Origin: a virus
Taxonomy: Duplodnaviria; Caudoviricetes
DNA length: 64,000 nucleotides
IMG/VR virus record: IMGVR_UViG_3300037400_002350
Coordinates: 1 to 64,000 of that record
Direction: 5' to 3' (one strand)
Part shown: positions 7,177 to 16,615 of the stretch, piece by piece
Numbering within the stretch: the stretch's first letter is position 1
Layout: each line of letters begins with the position of its first letter
The notes under the pieces: generated by a model
Told to the model about the DNA's origin: nothing
The model's database searches: none
Seen by the model: only the letters and a program-made list of their open reading frames with translations
Made by a program: the position numbers and the translations under genes

Positions 7177-8550
7177 ATGGGAAAGGAAACAAAAAAGAAT
7201 CCCCCAAAGGCTCCACAGCCAAAGGGAGAACAGAAGACGACCGTTATAGAAACAAAGACGTTTGAGAATCTGCCAAAGATGGCAGCTGAAGGTATGGATG
7301 CAAATCGTACTGCTGACACTTTGACAAACGTACGTCGTTATTTCCTTGACGATCCACAGGCTGCTGCACATCTTGGTATTACTCAGGATGCTGTAGACAA
7401 CGTTAACCGCATTGCAGCCATAGGCTGTGCAGCTCTTATGTTGCATGAAGTCGTACGCGGTAAGTCTGAATGGGCTGGTTCAATGAAACGTGCAGAACTT
7501 GCAGCAGTTCTTGAAACCGCTCCAATGCTCGGATTCACATTCGATCAGAAACTGTTACCATCTATGCAAGGTGATGCAGAAGAAATCGTAAATGTTCCAG
7601 CTAACGCTATTACAGTTAGCAAAGAGACAAAGGAGGCTATTCAGGCAGAAGCAGCAGCAGAAGAAAAGACCGTAGCTAAATCTCCAGCAGACATTAAGTC
7701 TGAGGATGAGTTGAAAGAAACTCTCTTACACTTCCTTAGTGAAGTAAAGAACGGCTACGAAAAGTTTGCAACCGTTATTCCGTTCTATCGTGCGTATCGC
7801 AAGATACAAGCAGGTGACGATAAAGAGAAACTCGATAAGATCAACGAACAGACCGACGTCGAGACTCTTCGCGAGATTACAAAGTTGGTAGGCAAGTGTC
7901 CATTTACCTTAAACGGTCAGGGACATTTCATGCTCATGCAGACTCGTTTCTACAAGAGCCCAGTTCCAGCATATTGTAATTTTCGTAACGCCTCTCGCAA
8001 TCGCAAGACAGGTGTTTACGCCATCAGCGACGAAGAATGTGCATCTTATGTACGAGTTCTTATCGAATGGGTTATCTCAACAGAGATTGCTAACCTTAAG
8101 GCTGATATTGAAGCCGCTAAGGCTAACATAAAAGCTTTGTCTAAGGACAAGAAAGCCAACGAGAAAGCAATCGAAGCTGAGAACGAAAAGATCCAGAAAA
8201 AAGAAGAAACTATCAAGCAGTATGAGGGTGAGGTTATGAACATTCTCAATAACCCATCTGCAGATTTTGCTGAAAACATCGTAAAACTGAAACGTGAGAA
8301 GGATCAGAATATGACTCGCGCTTGGGGTGTAATAGTAAACAGCTATGTTGACTATAACTTCAAGGAAGTCAACCAGGAAGATCTCGACCACAATGTTCAG
8401 CAGTGGGCTGGTATAATCACCAATTATTTCCGTCCAGTATCTGAACAGCTCAGCAACTACAGTGTTGCCAACATCATCTCGCCTCGTCCAATTTCTGAAA
8501 AGAAAGAGGAGACTGCTAACAAAGAAACACAGGAAGAGCCAAAAAAATAA
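7177..8550 (+). CDS. Hypothetical 457-aa protein with a C-terminal coiled coil
   Basis: Long ORF with biased codon usage and a strong A-rich leader. Confidence 0.85.
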   Translation: MGKETKKNPPKAPQPKGEQKTTVIETKTFENLPKMAAEGMDANRTADTLTNVRRYFLDDPQAAAHLGITQDAVDNVNRIAAIGCAALMLHEVVRGKSEWAGSMKRAELAAVLETAPMLGFTFDQKLLPSMQGDAEEIVNVPANAITVSKETKEAIQAEAAAEEKTVAKSPADIKSEDELKETLLHFLSEVKNGYEKFATVIPFYRAYRKIQAGDDKEKLDKINEQTDVETLREITKLVGKCPFTLNGQGHFMLMQTRFYKSPVPAYCNFRNASRNRKTGVYAISDEECASYVRVLIEWVISTEIANLKADIEAAKANIKALSKDKKANEKAIEAENEKIQKKEETIKQYEGEVMNILNNPSADFAENIVKLKREKDQNMTRAWGVIVNSYVDYNFKEVNQEDLDHNVQQWAGIITNYFRPVSEQLSNYSVANIISPRPISEKKEETANKETQEEPKK

Positions 8551-8611
8551 GTGCTACCATTAAGAAATGTTTGCACTTAATTGGTAGCATCTTCCATAAA
8601 AAGCAAACACC

Positions 8612-9031
8612 ATGAAGAAATTCAGTAACATCATAGGATGCTTATTGTTCCTTGTAATAGGTGTGGGTATATCTCTGATTACCCTATCGCCACCTAAAAC
8701 GGGATACAAGACGTTGAGTGCTGCCAATACGACTCCAAGTCTAATTGGTTTTCAACAGTTTCCTTTCACCATTGGCAACGATGTGAAAGAAAAGGAGCAG
8801 GTTGTTATTCATGATACTATATATCGTGATAGCATAAAGTATGAACTTAAACGTACTCCTTATGTAGTTGTAGTTGCACCAAAGCCAAAACCTGCTGACA
8901 CTGTCACAACAGATACTAGCGTCCTTCCAAAAGAGGCTAGTCCTGATACGACTTTACATAAAGTAAAGATTCCAGTATTAGTTTCTATTAATGACAGCAT
9001 AGTCTATGCAGACTCTGTGAAAGTGAAATGA
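8612..9031 (+). CDS. Membrane-anchored hypothetical protein
   Basis: N-terminal TM helix; repeated DT/DS-hydrophobic motifs. Confidence 0.75.
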   Translation: MKKFSNIIGCLLFLVIGVGISLITLSPPKTGYKTLSAANTTPSLIGFQQFPFTIGNDVKEKEQVVIHDTIYRDSIKYELKRTPYVVVVAPKPKPADTVTTDTSVLPKEASPDTTLHKVKIPVLVSINDSIVYADSVKVK

Positions 9032-9037
9032 CAATGA

Positions 9038-9975
9038 AGAGGTCTCATTAGCCTCAGATTCTGTCAACACTTTATAATTTACTTGACCTGAGAATATGTA
9101 TACTCTCACTGAGAGAAGAAGCACAAATGCGGTGCGCAAAAGGTAGGGTGGAAGACATTAGAGTGTGAAAAGCTCTATTGTATAGGGGAAAGCGTCGCAA
9201 TAAACCCCTTTCTGGTCTGTGAGAACCGTCTGGTGACAGTAGTCAAGAGAAGACGCGTAAATCTCAAGATGAGTAAAACTATTGCCGTATCGGACACACT
9301 GGTTGATTGTGTATAAAACCAGCATAACGTAACACGAGTCGAAACATGCTTGGCCGAGACCAAGAGAAGTCCGCTGTATGCAGATACATATCTAAGGCAC
9401 AGCATCCGAAACAAGCGTGATACACATTACAATGTCCACATCATAGTGTTCTAGGAGGTCCAAACTCCGATATGAAGGTGATAACCGTATTAGACCATAA
9501 GAAACTACTTATGGAATGTATCGTAAATATGTTGCCTATGTAAGTCCAGTCCAGTGCAAATCTGGTGCCTCTCGTTGCCACGCGTAGGGGATCTAGTTGG
9601 TAAAACGGCTGATATAATATGGAATACTGTACAGCTTTGGTCGTTAGAGCAGTATAAATAAGACAAATGACCGGATGGAGGATGCAGCTCCATATGCGAC
9701 GAGAGACCGCGTACAAAGTCTGACGTGAACAGGGAATTCTTTGGACAAGAGGAACCTGATAGATTAAGAAATGCTTAGTCTATATATTAGTGTGTGAGCT
9801 ACTAAAAGCCTATTTCATAATATTTTTTGGTAAACTGTATTGACCAGCACATTCCAGTGTTGTAAATCTCTCAGTTTTCCAGTGCAGCATGAAAATAGTA
9901 TGTAAGATGTATGTTTCAACTATACTCCATTTGCATTAGTCAAATCTGATGATGTTGTTCATATAAGCACTGCAT
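9038..9975 (+). ncRNA. Candidate large structured ncRNA (domain 1)
   Basis: No credible CDS; long-range helix ACTGAGAGA(9108-9116)/TCTCTCAGT(9867-9875); CTCTCGTTGC/GCGACGAGAG; many hairpins with GNRA-like loops; boundaries approximate. Confidence 0.6.
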
Positions 9976-10019
9976 ATAAATATAATGTGAAACAAAACCA
10001 AACAAATCATTAATTTAGA

Positions 10020-10880
10020 ATGTCCCCCGATAGGGCCCCCTTTCGTTGTATGAAAGAACTGAGGTCGGGAAGTTCGAGTGCCAACCGTAACTGTGAAAAA
10101 ATTAGATAGAATAGGTAGTTTAGGGTATGTAGCAGCAACTACATAAAACGGCGAGCCTATAGAATCGTATACATTTAACTGATGGGCAGCTTACCGTAGC
10201 CATTAAACGCAGTGCAAAAGCGTATGCAGGTATATTACTATCCCCTGTCTCGGGATGTGTGATAAGCAAGGTAGGTGGGTGACAAGGAGCGATGTATGGG
10301 TTGAATTCCCCAGTGTTCGTGCACTATAAACAAGGACGGAAGTAAATCCTAGAGTCAGAACAACCGTAGGGTCTATGATGAGTTCTGGAGCTCTGAGACC
10401 GTTCGATAATGAAACGTTGTGTAGTTACGTCGATATGTAGAAAAATACACTGAGCACGGTAGTGTTACTGTTAGGCTCATAAAATAATCAGAAGCGCACC
10501 AGGAGAAATATATCAGAATCAAACACAGGAAAATACAGATACGATATACGTCCACATCCGTGGACTTTCTCCAAAGACATATTGGTTGTATTTTGGAGAT
10601 CTCTCAACTAGTGAACCCTCCGCGAATCCTGAATCATCAGAGCGCTTAGTGGAGGTCTCCGAGATATTTTTTGAGTAAAACAAATAATTGCTCAGTTCTA
10701 GCACTTGAGTGTGCATTTTGGCATTCAAAGCTTTGTCAAACGGCTTGCTTATGGGCACAGATGACCATATCGCTTGGTCCCCGTCATGTTTAATCCTGAC
10801 TGCTATAATTCGCGTATGCGTTGCGACTAGGTGTCAATATGACTATGTATAGTCGAAAGCGTGGCAATGAAGCCAACCAA
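10020..10880 (+). ncRNA. Candidate large structured ncRNA (domain 2)
   Basis: Long-range GAGTGCCAA(10076-84)/TTGGCATTC(~10718-26) and CGTAACTGTG(10086-95)/TGTAGTTACG(10420-29); more than 10 local hairpins; boundaries approximate. Confidence 0.55.
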
Positions 10881-11005
10881 ATAAAGAACAATAGAACGAA
10901 GAGCAAAATATAAAATTTTTTAAAAAGGCAAAGTGTGGGCCAATCACACATATTACAATAATTTTTCGTTGGTCACATCAACGACGATATCAAAAAGGAA
11001 AAATT

Positions 11006-11623
11006 ATGGGAAAAGTATCAAAACCAACAATCGAAAATAACCGCAAAGTCTTTATGCTTGCTGGTGGATTGCTTGGTACAAGTATCTACAAAGTAGAAGC
11101 TCGCTCATGCGATGCAGGTTGGGAAAACAAGAACCTGAAGTTCAAAACCGAAAAGACTGGGGATTTGTTCCTCAACCGCGAAATCAAGCGTTGTGTCATG
11201 AAAGACTTCAACGTAGTGACAGTAGAAGCAGATGAGACGTCTGGTGACGGCTATGTTTCTCCAAACGCTAAGCTCGTTCTCGACGACGAGTCAACAATCA
11301 CGCTGCCTATCGCAGGCGATTTGTCTTCAATCGGTAAGGTTGAGGAAGACGCTATGCTGAAGGCTTTACGTGGCGACAAGAACATTTTCTTCGACAACGC
11401 AAAGAAGACACACGAAGAATGTAAAGCACGCAACGATGCGAACATCCGCTACGTTGAGGCACTTATGGAAGAGCTCAAGGGCATCAAGCAGTCTTTGATC
11501 ACTGCTAATGTCAACAACGAGAAACTCGTGAAGAAGTACGAGGAAGAGCTCGTAAAGAGCGCTGCTCTTGTTCCAGACCCAAACGAGAAGATTCACGTGC
11601 ATGTGGAAATCCCACAGGACTAA
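11006..11623 (+). CDS. Hypothetical protein
   Basis: 205-aa ORF, biased codon usage. Confidence 0.8.
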   Translation: MGKVSKPTIENNRKVFMLAGGLLGTSIYKVEARSCDAGWENKNLKFKTEKTGDLFLNREIKRCVMKDFNVVTVEADETSGDGYVSPNAKLVLDDESTITLPIAGDLSSIGKVEEDAMLKALRGDKNIFFDNAKKTHEECKARNDANIRYVEALMEELKGIKQSLITANVNNEKLVKKYEEELVKSAALVPDPNEKIHVHVEIPQD

Positions 11624-11634
11624 TCTAGGCATTT

Positions 11635-12216
11635 ATGAGTACGCAATTAATCTCTAGCACAGCAAAGTGCTATATTCAAGTGCTACTCTCAGACCCTCGA
11701 ATTGCAGAACGCGTATTTGAGAACCACGAAGACAAGGAAAAGTACAAGATTTGTACTGTCAATGACACTGGTACAGTTATCATGGGCAAGACACGTTTTC
11801 GCTGGTGGAACAATCTGATTAAATGTCAAGATAAGATACAGTTTATCGACTTCGCTCTTCGGGTATGGAGCGCTTTAGTAGATCTTTCTAAGGGCCTCAA
11901 CAAAGAGGCCGTTTTGAAAGGTCTGTCCCAGGAGATTATCGAACAGTCTGTTCGTGATCGCAAATATGAAGATGTCGTAAATCGTTTGTTCGATTGTTGG
12001 CGCTTCGTTGCACAGGATAGTTCTGGTTTCCAGAAACCTGCGGTTATCAAAGATATTCCACAGGAGCATCACGTGCATGTAGCGCAACCAGTTGGACACA
12101 ACATAATATTACACATCAACGGTAACGAAAAAATTATACCTATCGTAGATAGTGTTGGTGACCCAATACATCTCGGGCTTAAGGTCGGCTTCACAGGAGT
12201 AGACCAAATTTGGTAG
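11635..12216 (+). CDS. Hypothetical protein (TAG stop)
   Basis: 193-aa ORF; shares an HVHV motif with the C-terminus of the upstream protein. Confidence 0.8.
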   Translation: MSTQLISSTAKCYIQVLLSDPRIAERVFENHEDKEKYKICTVNDTGTVIMGKTRFRWWNNLIKCQDKIQFIDFALRVWSALVDLSKGLNKEAVLKGLSQEIIEQSVRDRKYEDVVNRLFDCWRFVAQDSSGFQKPAVIKDIPQEHHVHVAQPVGHNIILHINGNEKIIPIVDSVGDPIHLGLKVGFTGVDQIW

Positions 12217-12349
12217 TTATTCGTAGAATTTACTATCATCATTTTAGGTATAATAATCTCTCATACGTCATTGCGGAGTGATATCGGCAGTGATGACTAG
12301 GTAAGTGATCCTCGAATTCAATCAAGTTTAACACTTAATCAATAACCAT

Positions 12350-12901
12350 ATGAAGAAGAGTAAAACAATAACGTTGAATTCAGGAACTATAATTAGTATT
12401 CGTAAATCTTTGGACATTGAGATTACGAAGGCTTGGAACACAATCAAGCATGAGAATATCATGTCCACTAAAGAAATAAAAGAGGGTCTTGGTTCTGGAA
12501 AAGATCTCAAGGCCCTTTACAACAGTATCCTACAGATGCAGCAGAAGCGTATTAAAATTAAGGGAATGCTTTTTGCATTGAACACTGGTTCTACAAACTT
12601 CGATTTTAAGGAGTTTTCTAAAACCAACAATTATACGATTTTTGCAGCATGTGAAGTAAAGGAGACTATTGCCCATTTGAAGGCCATTCCAACGCTCAAC
12701 CCCGTTCTTAAAGCGAAGAAAGGTGCATCAGGGACCGGTAAAAAGGAACTGTTTGCATCTAGTGCAAAGATTGCATCGCTCTTGAAGGAGCTACAGCTCA
12801 AGGCCAACAAATATGATGCAGAGCTAGAGAAATTCAACAATGAAACCAGCTTGACGTTCACAGACGACTCTGGTGAGTTTGATAAGTATCTGACTGCATA
12901 A
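12350..12901 (+). CDS. Hypothetical helical protein
   Basis: 183-aa ORF. Confidence 0.8.
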   Translation: MKKSKTITLNSGTIISIRKSLDIEITKAWNTIKHENIMSTKEIKEGLGSGKDLKALYNSILQMQQKRIKIKGMLFALNTGSTNFDFKEFSKTNNYTIFAACEVKETIAHLKAIPTLNPVLKAKKGASGTGKKELFASSAKIASLLKELQLKANKYDAELEKFNNETSLTFTDDSGEFDKYLTA

Positions 12902-12908
12902 AATCACA

Positions 12909-12976
12909 TGCTCGTTCATATTATAGATGACTGACTATCGTAGATATTTCAGGGCTATTCGTTTAGCCACGAGCAA
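12909..12976 (+). ncRNA. tRNA-like element with an aberrant interior
   Basis: Perfect TGCTCGT/ACGAGCA acceptor stem + A; T-arm GGCTA-TTCGTT-TAGCC (6-nt loop); interior TCAT/ATGA and CTGA/TCAG stems. Confidence 0.55.
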
Positions 12977-13020
12977 CTAATATTTTCCTGTACAATATTA
13001 ACAATTAAAACATTATCAAA

Positions 13021-13860
13021 ATGAAAACAAATAACGAAACTAAAGTCGAGAAAGCAAAAACTTTCAACAAAGCAAGAAACGACCGTAAGCACCACATAAA
13101 AATCGAACATAATTTACAGTTCGAAGAATTACAGAAAGAATGGGACGGATTCTCAGTAGAAGAGAAAAACGTGCTGCGTTACAAACGTAAATGGCAGAAG
13201 TTCCTTCGTTGGAAAACACGTAACAAGCGTCATTTTAGCAGAAAGAACCCATCTGGAGTTCCTGCACTTGACAAATCCTATAACCTGTATGTATCATACG
13301 ACAAAAGGTTAGCTTTCCAAGTAAAGAATGCACTGAAAGATGCAAAAATCGAAACTTGGTTCAAGTCCCCAAACATTGTCACCGACATCTATCTTTACAT
13401 AAAAGGCGTAAACAAAGAAACGGTTGAGAAGTTTAAAGAATGGTTTGCTAACGTAACCTGTACGGCAAATAATAAGACTTATGTAGTTCATATACAAGCC
13501 ACTGTCGCAAAAGTCCTCATAGAGAAGAAAGCTCACAAGGACAAGAAGCCTACAAACAATACGCCAGAGTGTAAGCTCCGTGCTAAAGTTGTACGCAAGT
13601 TGAAGAACCTGCGATACTTCGACATTCTAGAATCTCTAGAGAAAGGCCAAATGTCTTTGAAGGACGCTGCAACATGGGCAATGGGTAAGAACCACAAACG
13701 GAATCTCGAATCTAAGAAGTCTAAAAAATTGCCACGCAAGCTCAAGAAATTGGCTAAGCAGTCCAAACCATCACCCGTAGGGAAAAAGCCCGTCAGCGTG
13801 GCTAAAAAGGGCCAAAACAAGGCTAATTTGAAGTCTAACAAAGAAAAGAAAGCAGCTTAA
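13021..13860 (+). CDS. Highly basic hypothetical protein (possible nucleic-acid binding)
   Basis: Lys/Arg-rich, 279 aa, ends KKAA. Confidence 0.8.
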   Translation: MKTNNETKVEKAKTFNKARNDRKHHIKIEHNLQFEELQKEWDGFSVEEKNVLRYKRKWQKFLRWKTRNKRHFSRKNPSGVPALDKSYNLYVSYDKRLAFQVKNALKDAKIETWFKSPNIVTDIYLYIKGVNKETVEKFKEWFANVTCTANNKTYVVHIQATVAKVLIEKKAHKDKKPTNNTPECKLRAKVVRKLKNLRYFDILESLEKGQMSLKDAATWAMGKNHKRNLESKKSKKLPRKLKKLAKQSKPSPVGKKPVSVAKKGQNKANLKSNKEKKAA

Positions 13861-13862
13861 TT

Positions 13863-14624
13863 ATGAAACGTAGAAAACAGCCAAAAAAGTACTATCTTGC
13901 GAAGGCTATTACTACGCAATTTGCTGATAAAAATCATCAAAAACAGCTGCGCAAGGTAGACAATGCACCTGTCGTTTATAGCGATGGAGGTGGTAAGAAA
14001 CAAGGTGAACCAGCACCACAGTGGTATCAGGATATGAAGAAAGCTCGTATAGATTATCTAAACACGCACTTCAGTAAACGAAAGAAGAACCGTCCGTGGT
14101 ACATGCTAACAATAGGTAAATGTTGGAACTATGAAGAGCGCAAGTTGTCTTGGGGAACAGAAACAAAAAAGTGGAAAGTTCCTTCAGAAATTGCAACTCT
14201 GAACAACAAATTTACCGTTACTAAGGCAATAGAACAATTGCTGATAGAACATAAAATGAATCGTTGGGATAAACGCCACCCAAGACCATGTGAGGACGAC
14301 GATTTGTTTAAAGAAGAATTCCTCAATAAGTGGCAATACGAACGACAAGCGTTTGAGTATGCAATAAAAAAGCAGCTTGAGCCACTTGTCATAAAGGGTC
14401 GCTTCAAGAAAGAAGGCGACTCTTTTGTTGAAATACCGTTACGCACTATAAAAGATACCCGTAACCCGAACATCGAATTTTCTTGTGAAAAACCAAGTAA
14501 GATTAAGTCACAACTATCTAAGATAGTAGATTTATATAAAGACGATGCTTCATTTGTTGCAGGTAAAGTGTATAAAGGTGAAGAACTAGTGTTGTGTATT
14601 CCTGCATTGAATACGGCAGCATAA
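13863..14624 (+). CDS. Basic hypothetical protein
   Basis: 253 aa, ends NTAA. Confidence 0.8.
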   Translation: MKRRKQPKKYYLAKAITTQFADKNHQKQLRKVDNAPVVYSDGGGKKQGEPAPQWYQDMKKARIDYLNTHFSKRKKNRPWYMLTIGKCWNYEERKLSWGTETKKWKVPSEIATLNNKFTVTKAIEQLLIEHKMNRWDKRHPRPCEDDDLFKEEFLNKWQYERQAFEYAIKKQLEPLVIKGRFKKEGDSFVEIPLRTIKDTRNPNIEFSCEKPSKIKSQLSKIVDLYKDDASFVAGKVYKGEELVLCIPALNTAA

Positions 14625-14686
14625 CCGGAAGACTGAGTGACGTAGTCACAGATATGTCCAGGGGGTTCGCGACCCCCTCCGGATCA
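14623..14686 (+). ncRNA. tRNA-like element upstream of the DNA polymerase gene
   Basis: CCGGA/TCCGG stem on T-arm GGGGG-TTCGCGA-CCCCC; interior GTGAC-GTA-GTCAC hairpin. Confidence 0.5.
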
Positions 14687-14697
14687 ATTTTTATTTA

Positions 14698-14710
14698 GAG
14701 TCTATGAACC
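14698..14710 (+). promoter_or_regulatory. GAGTC-TAT-GAACC motif abutting the polymerase ATG
   Basis: Same tandem motif as the loops at 4.2-4.5 kb and upstream of 18598 and 20353. Confidence 0.55.
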
Positions 14711-16588
14711 ATGAAAATAAAAAATACACCTGTTGTAGTTTACGACATTGAGGTGTTTCCAAATGTGTTTCATTGCACCTGTAAAGATACAGAAACAAAT
14801 GAGTTCAAATACTTTGAAATATCGGTTCGCAAGAATCAACTCAAAGAGTTAAAAGATTACTTCTTAGACAAGACTCATATGTTTTGTGGTTATAACAACC
14901 ATCACTATGATGATGTTGTTATAAACTACATTATAGATTACTATGACGTAATGCTTAACAAACATTATCTAGACATATGTAAATCTATATATAATCTTTC
15001 AGATGCTATTATAAAAGCACAAGAAGGTGATACCAAAAAGTTTAATAGATGGAAGTACGCCAACTTCTTTTATTCTATGGACATTCTCACCATGATGTTT
15101 AGTTCTAAACTAAGGGTTGGATTGAAAGCAATGCAAATGACCATGCGTTATCACAACGTACAAGAATACGACGGTGATTTTACACAATGGTTACCCAAAG
15201 AGGAAATAGACAAAATGAAAGAATATAACATAAACGACGTAGAATCTACTGCCGTTTTGTTAGAAAAGAAAAAGAAAGATATTGACGTTCGATTATTTAT
15301 TGAACAAGAATATGGTATTGATGCGCTTTCAATGGATAGTGTGAAGTTCGGAACAGAAATTCTTGCAAAAGAATACTGTAAACGAACAGGAATAAGCAAA
15401 TGGGAATTAAAACAAATGCGTTCCCCACAAGACACTATTGCATTGAAAGATGTTATCTTACCAATAATAGACTATAAAGACCCGATATTAAAAGCCGTTC
15501 TTAAAGATATGAAGAGCAGTGTAGTATCTTCGTTAGAACGCAAAGGCTATGAGAAGAAGTTTGTTCTCTCAGATGTTTGTTATTCTGTTGGAGTTGGGGG
15601 AATCCATTCCATAAATAGTCCAGAAATATACAAACCCAAACCCGACGAATACATTGGTCATAGCGATGTGACTTCAATGTACCCATCTTTCATTGTGCAG
15701 TATAAGTGGGGCCCACAGCATCTCGGTTTGGTATTTTGGGAAATATACAAAGATATTTATTATCAACGTATAGAAGCCAAACATAGTGGACAGAAAAATA
15801 AGAATCAGGCTCTTAAATTGACTCTTAATTCTGTTTCAGGAAAAATGCAAGAAGAAACAAGTTGGATGTACGATCCGTTAAATGTCTTTAAAATACGCAT
15901 CAATGGACAATTGGTGCTATTAATGTTAGTGGATCGTTTATTAGAGTTAGGTTGTAAGATTGTACAAGTTAACACTGATGGTGTCTATTATATTGCTAAA
16001 AAGACCGTTCGTGATAGAGTTCAGGAGGCTATTCACGATATCGAGCAATTAACCAAACTTGAATTTGAAAGCGATAACTATGAAGCGTTTTATCAGTACG
16101 CAGTCAACGATTATTTCGGGGTTGTTGAGGGTTATTCACAATCGCATGACCCAGAACTGATACAAAAGGTAGGTTCGTTCCGTGATGAAACAGAAGCGGG
16201 AAAAGGATTAACACCAGTCATAATCCCAAAAGCCGTAATGAACTACTTTTTAACAAATGAACCTGTTGAAAACTACATAAAAAGACAAACAAACATTTAT
16301 GATTTTCTTATGGGCCAACGTGTCGATAAGAAATTCAAAGTACGACATGGCGATAAGTATGTACAACATCTAAATCGCTATTACGCAAGCACTAACGATT
16401 ACTATCTATTTAAAGTAGATGATACCGGAAAAGAAACAAACATGCTAACAAAATCCGGAGTAACTATTTTGAATAAAGTAACCGACCCTACAACTGAAAA
16501 CAAACGTGTCAACTATCAATATTACATAGGCGAAGCTTATGCGATGATTGAAAAATTGAGAAACGTCCAGTTGTCATTATTTCAATAA
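14711..16588 (+). CDS. DNA polymerase, family B (crAss-type), with a 3'-5' exonuclease domain
   Basis: ExoI YDIE, ExoII GYNNHHYD, ExoIII YNINDV; motif A DVTSMYP, motif B KLTLNSVSG, motif C NTDG. Confidence 0.93.
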   Translation: MKIKNTPVVVYDIEVFPNVFHCTCKDTETNEFKYFEISVRKNQLKELKDYFLDKTHMFCGYNNHHYDDVVINYIIDYYDVMLNKHYLDICKSIYNLSDAIIKAQEGDTKKFNRWKYANFFYSMDILTMMFSSKLRVGLKAMQMTMRYHNVQEYDGDFTQWLPKEEIDKMKEYNINDVESTAVLLEKKKKDIDVRLFIEQEYGIDALSMDSVKFGTEILAKEYCKRTGISKWELKQMRSPQDTIALKDVILPIIDYKDPILKAVLKDMKSSVVSSLERKGYEKKFVLSDVCYSVGVGGIHSINSPEIYKPKPDEYIGHSDVTSMYPSFIVQYKWGPQHLGLVFWEIYKDIYYQRIEAKHSGQKNKNQALKLTLNSVSGKMQEETSWMYDPLNVFKIRINGQLVLLMLVDRLLELGCKIVQVNTDGVYYIAKKTVRDRVQEAIHDIEQLTKLEFESDNYEAFYQYAVNDYFGVVEGYSQSHDPELIQKVGSFRDETEAGKGLTPVIIPKAVMNYFLTNEPVENYIKRQTNIYDFLMGQRVDKKFKVRHGDKYVQHLNRYYASTNDYYLFKVDDTGKETNMLTKSGVTILNKVTDPTTENKRVNYQYYIGEAYAMIEKLRNVQLSLFQ

Positions 16589-16615
16589 CACTTGTTAACC
16601 TAAGAGTATAAGAGT

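Noticed and set aside
9038-10880. Group I/II intron or RNase P RNA
   Set aside because: The region is intergenic rather than interrupting a gene, and I could not identify group I P7, group II domain V or RNase P P4 consensus by eye. A covariance-model search is needed to exclude them properly.
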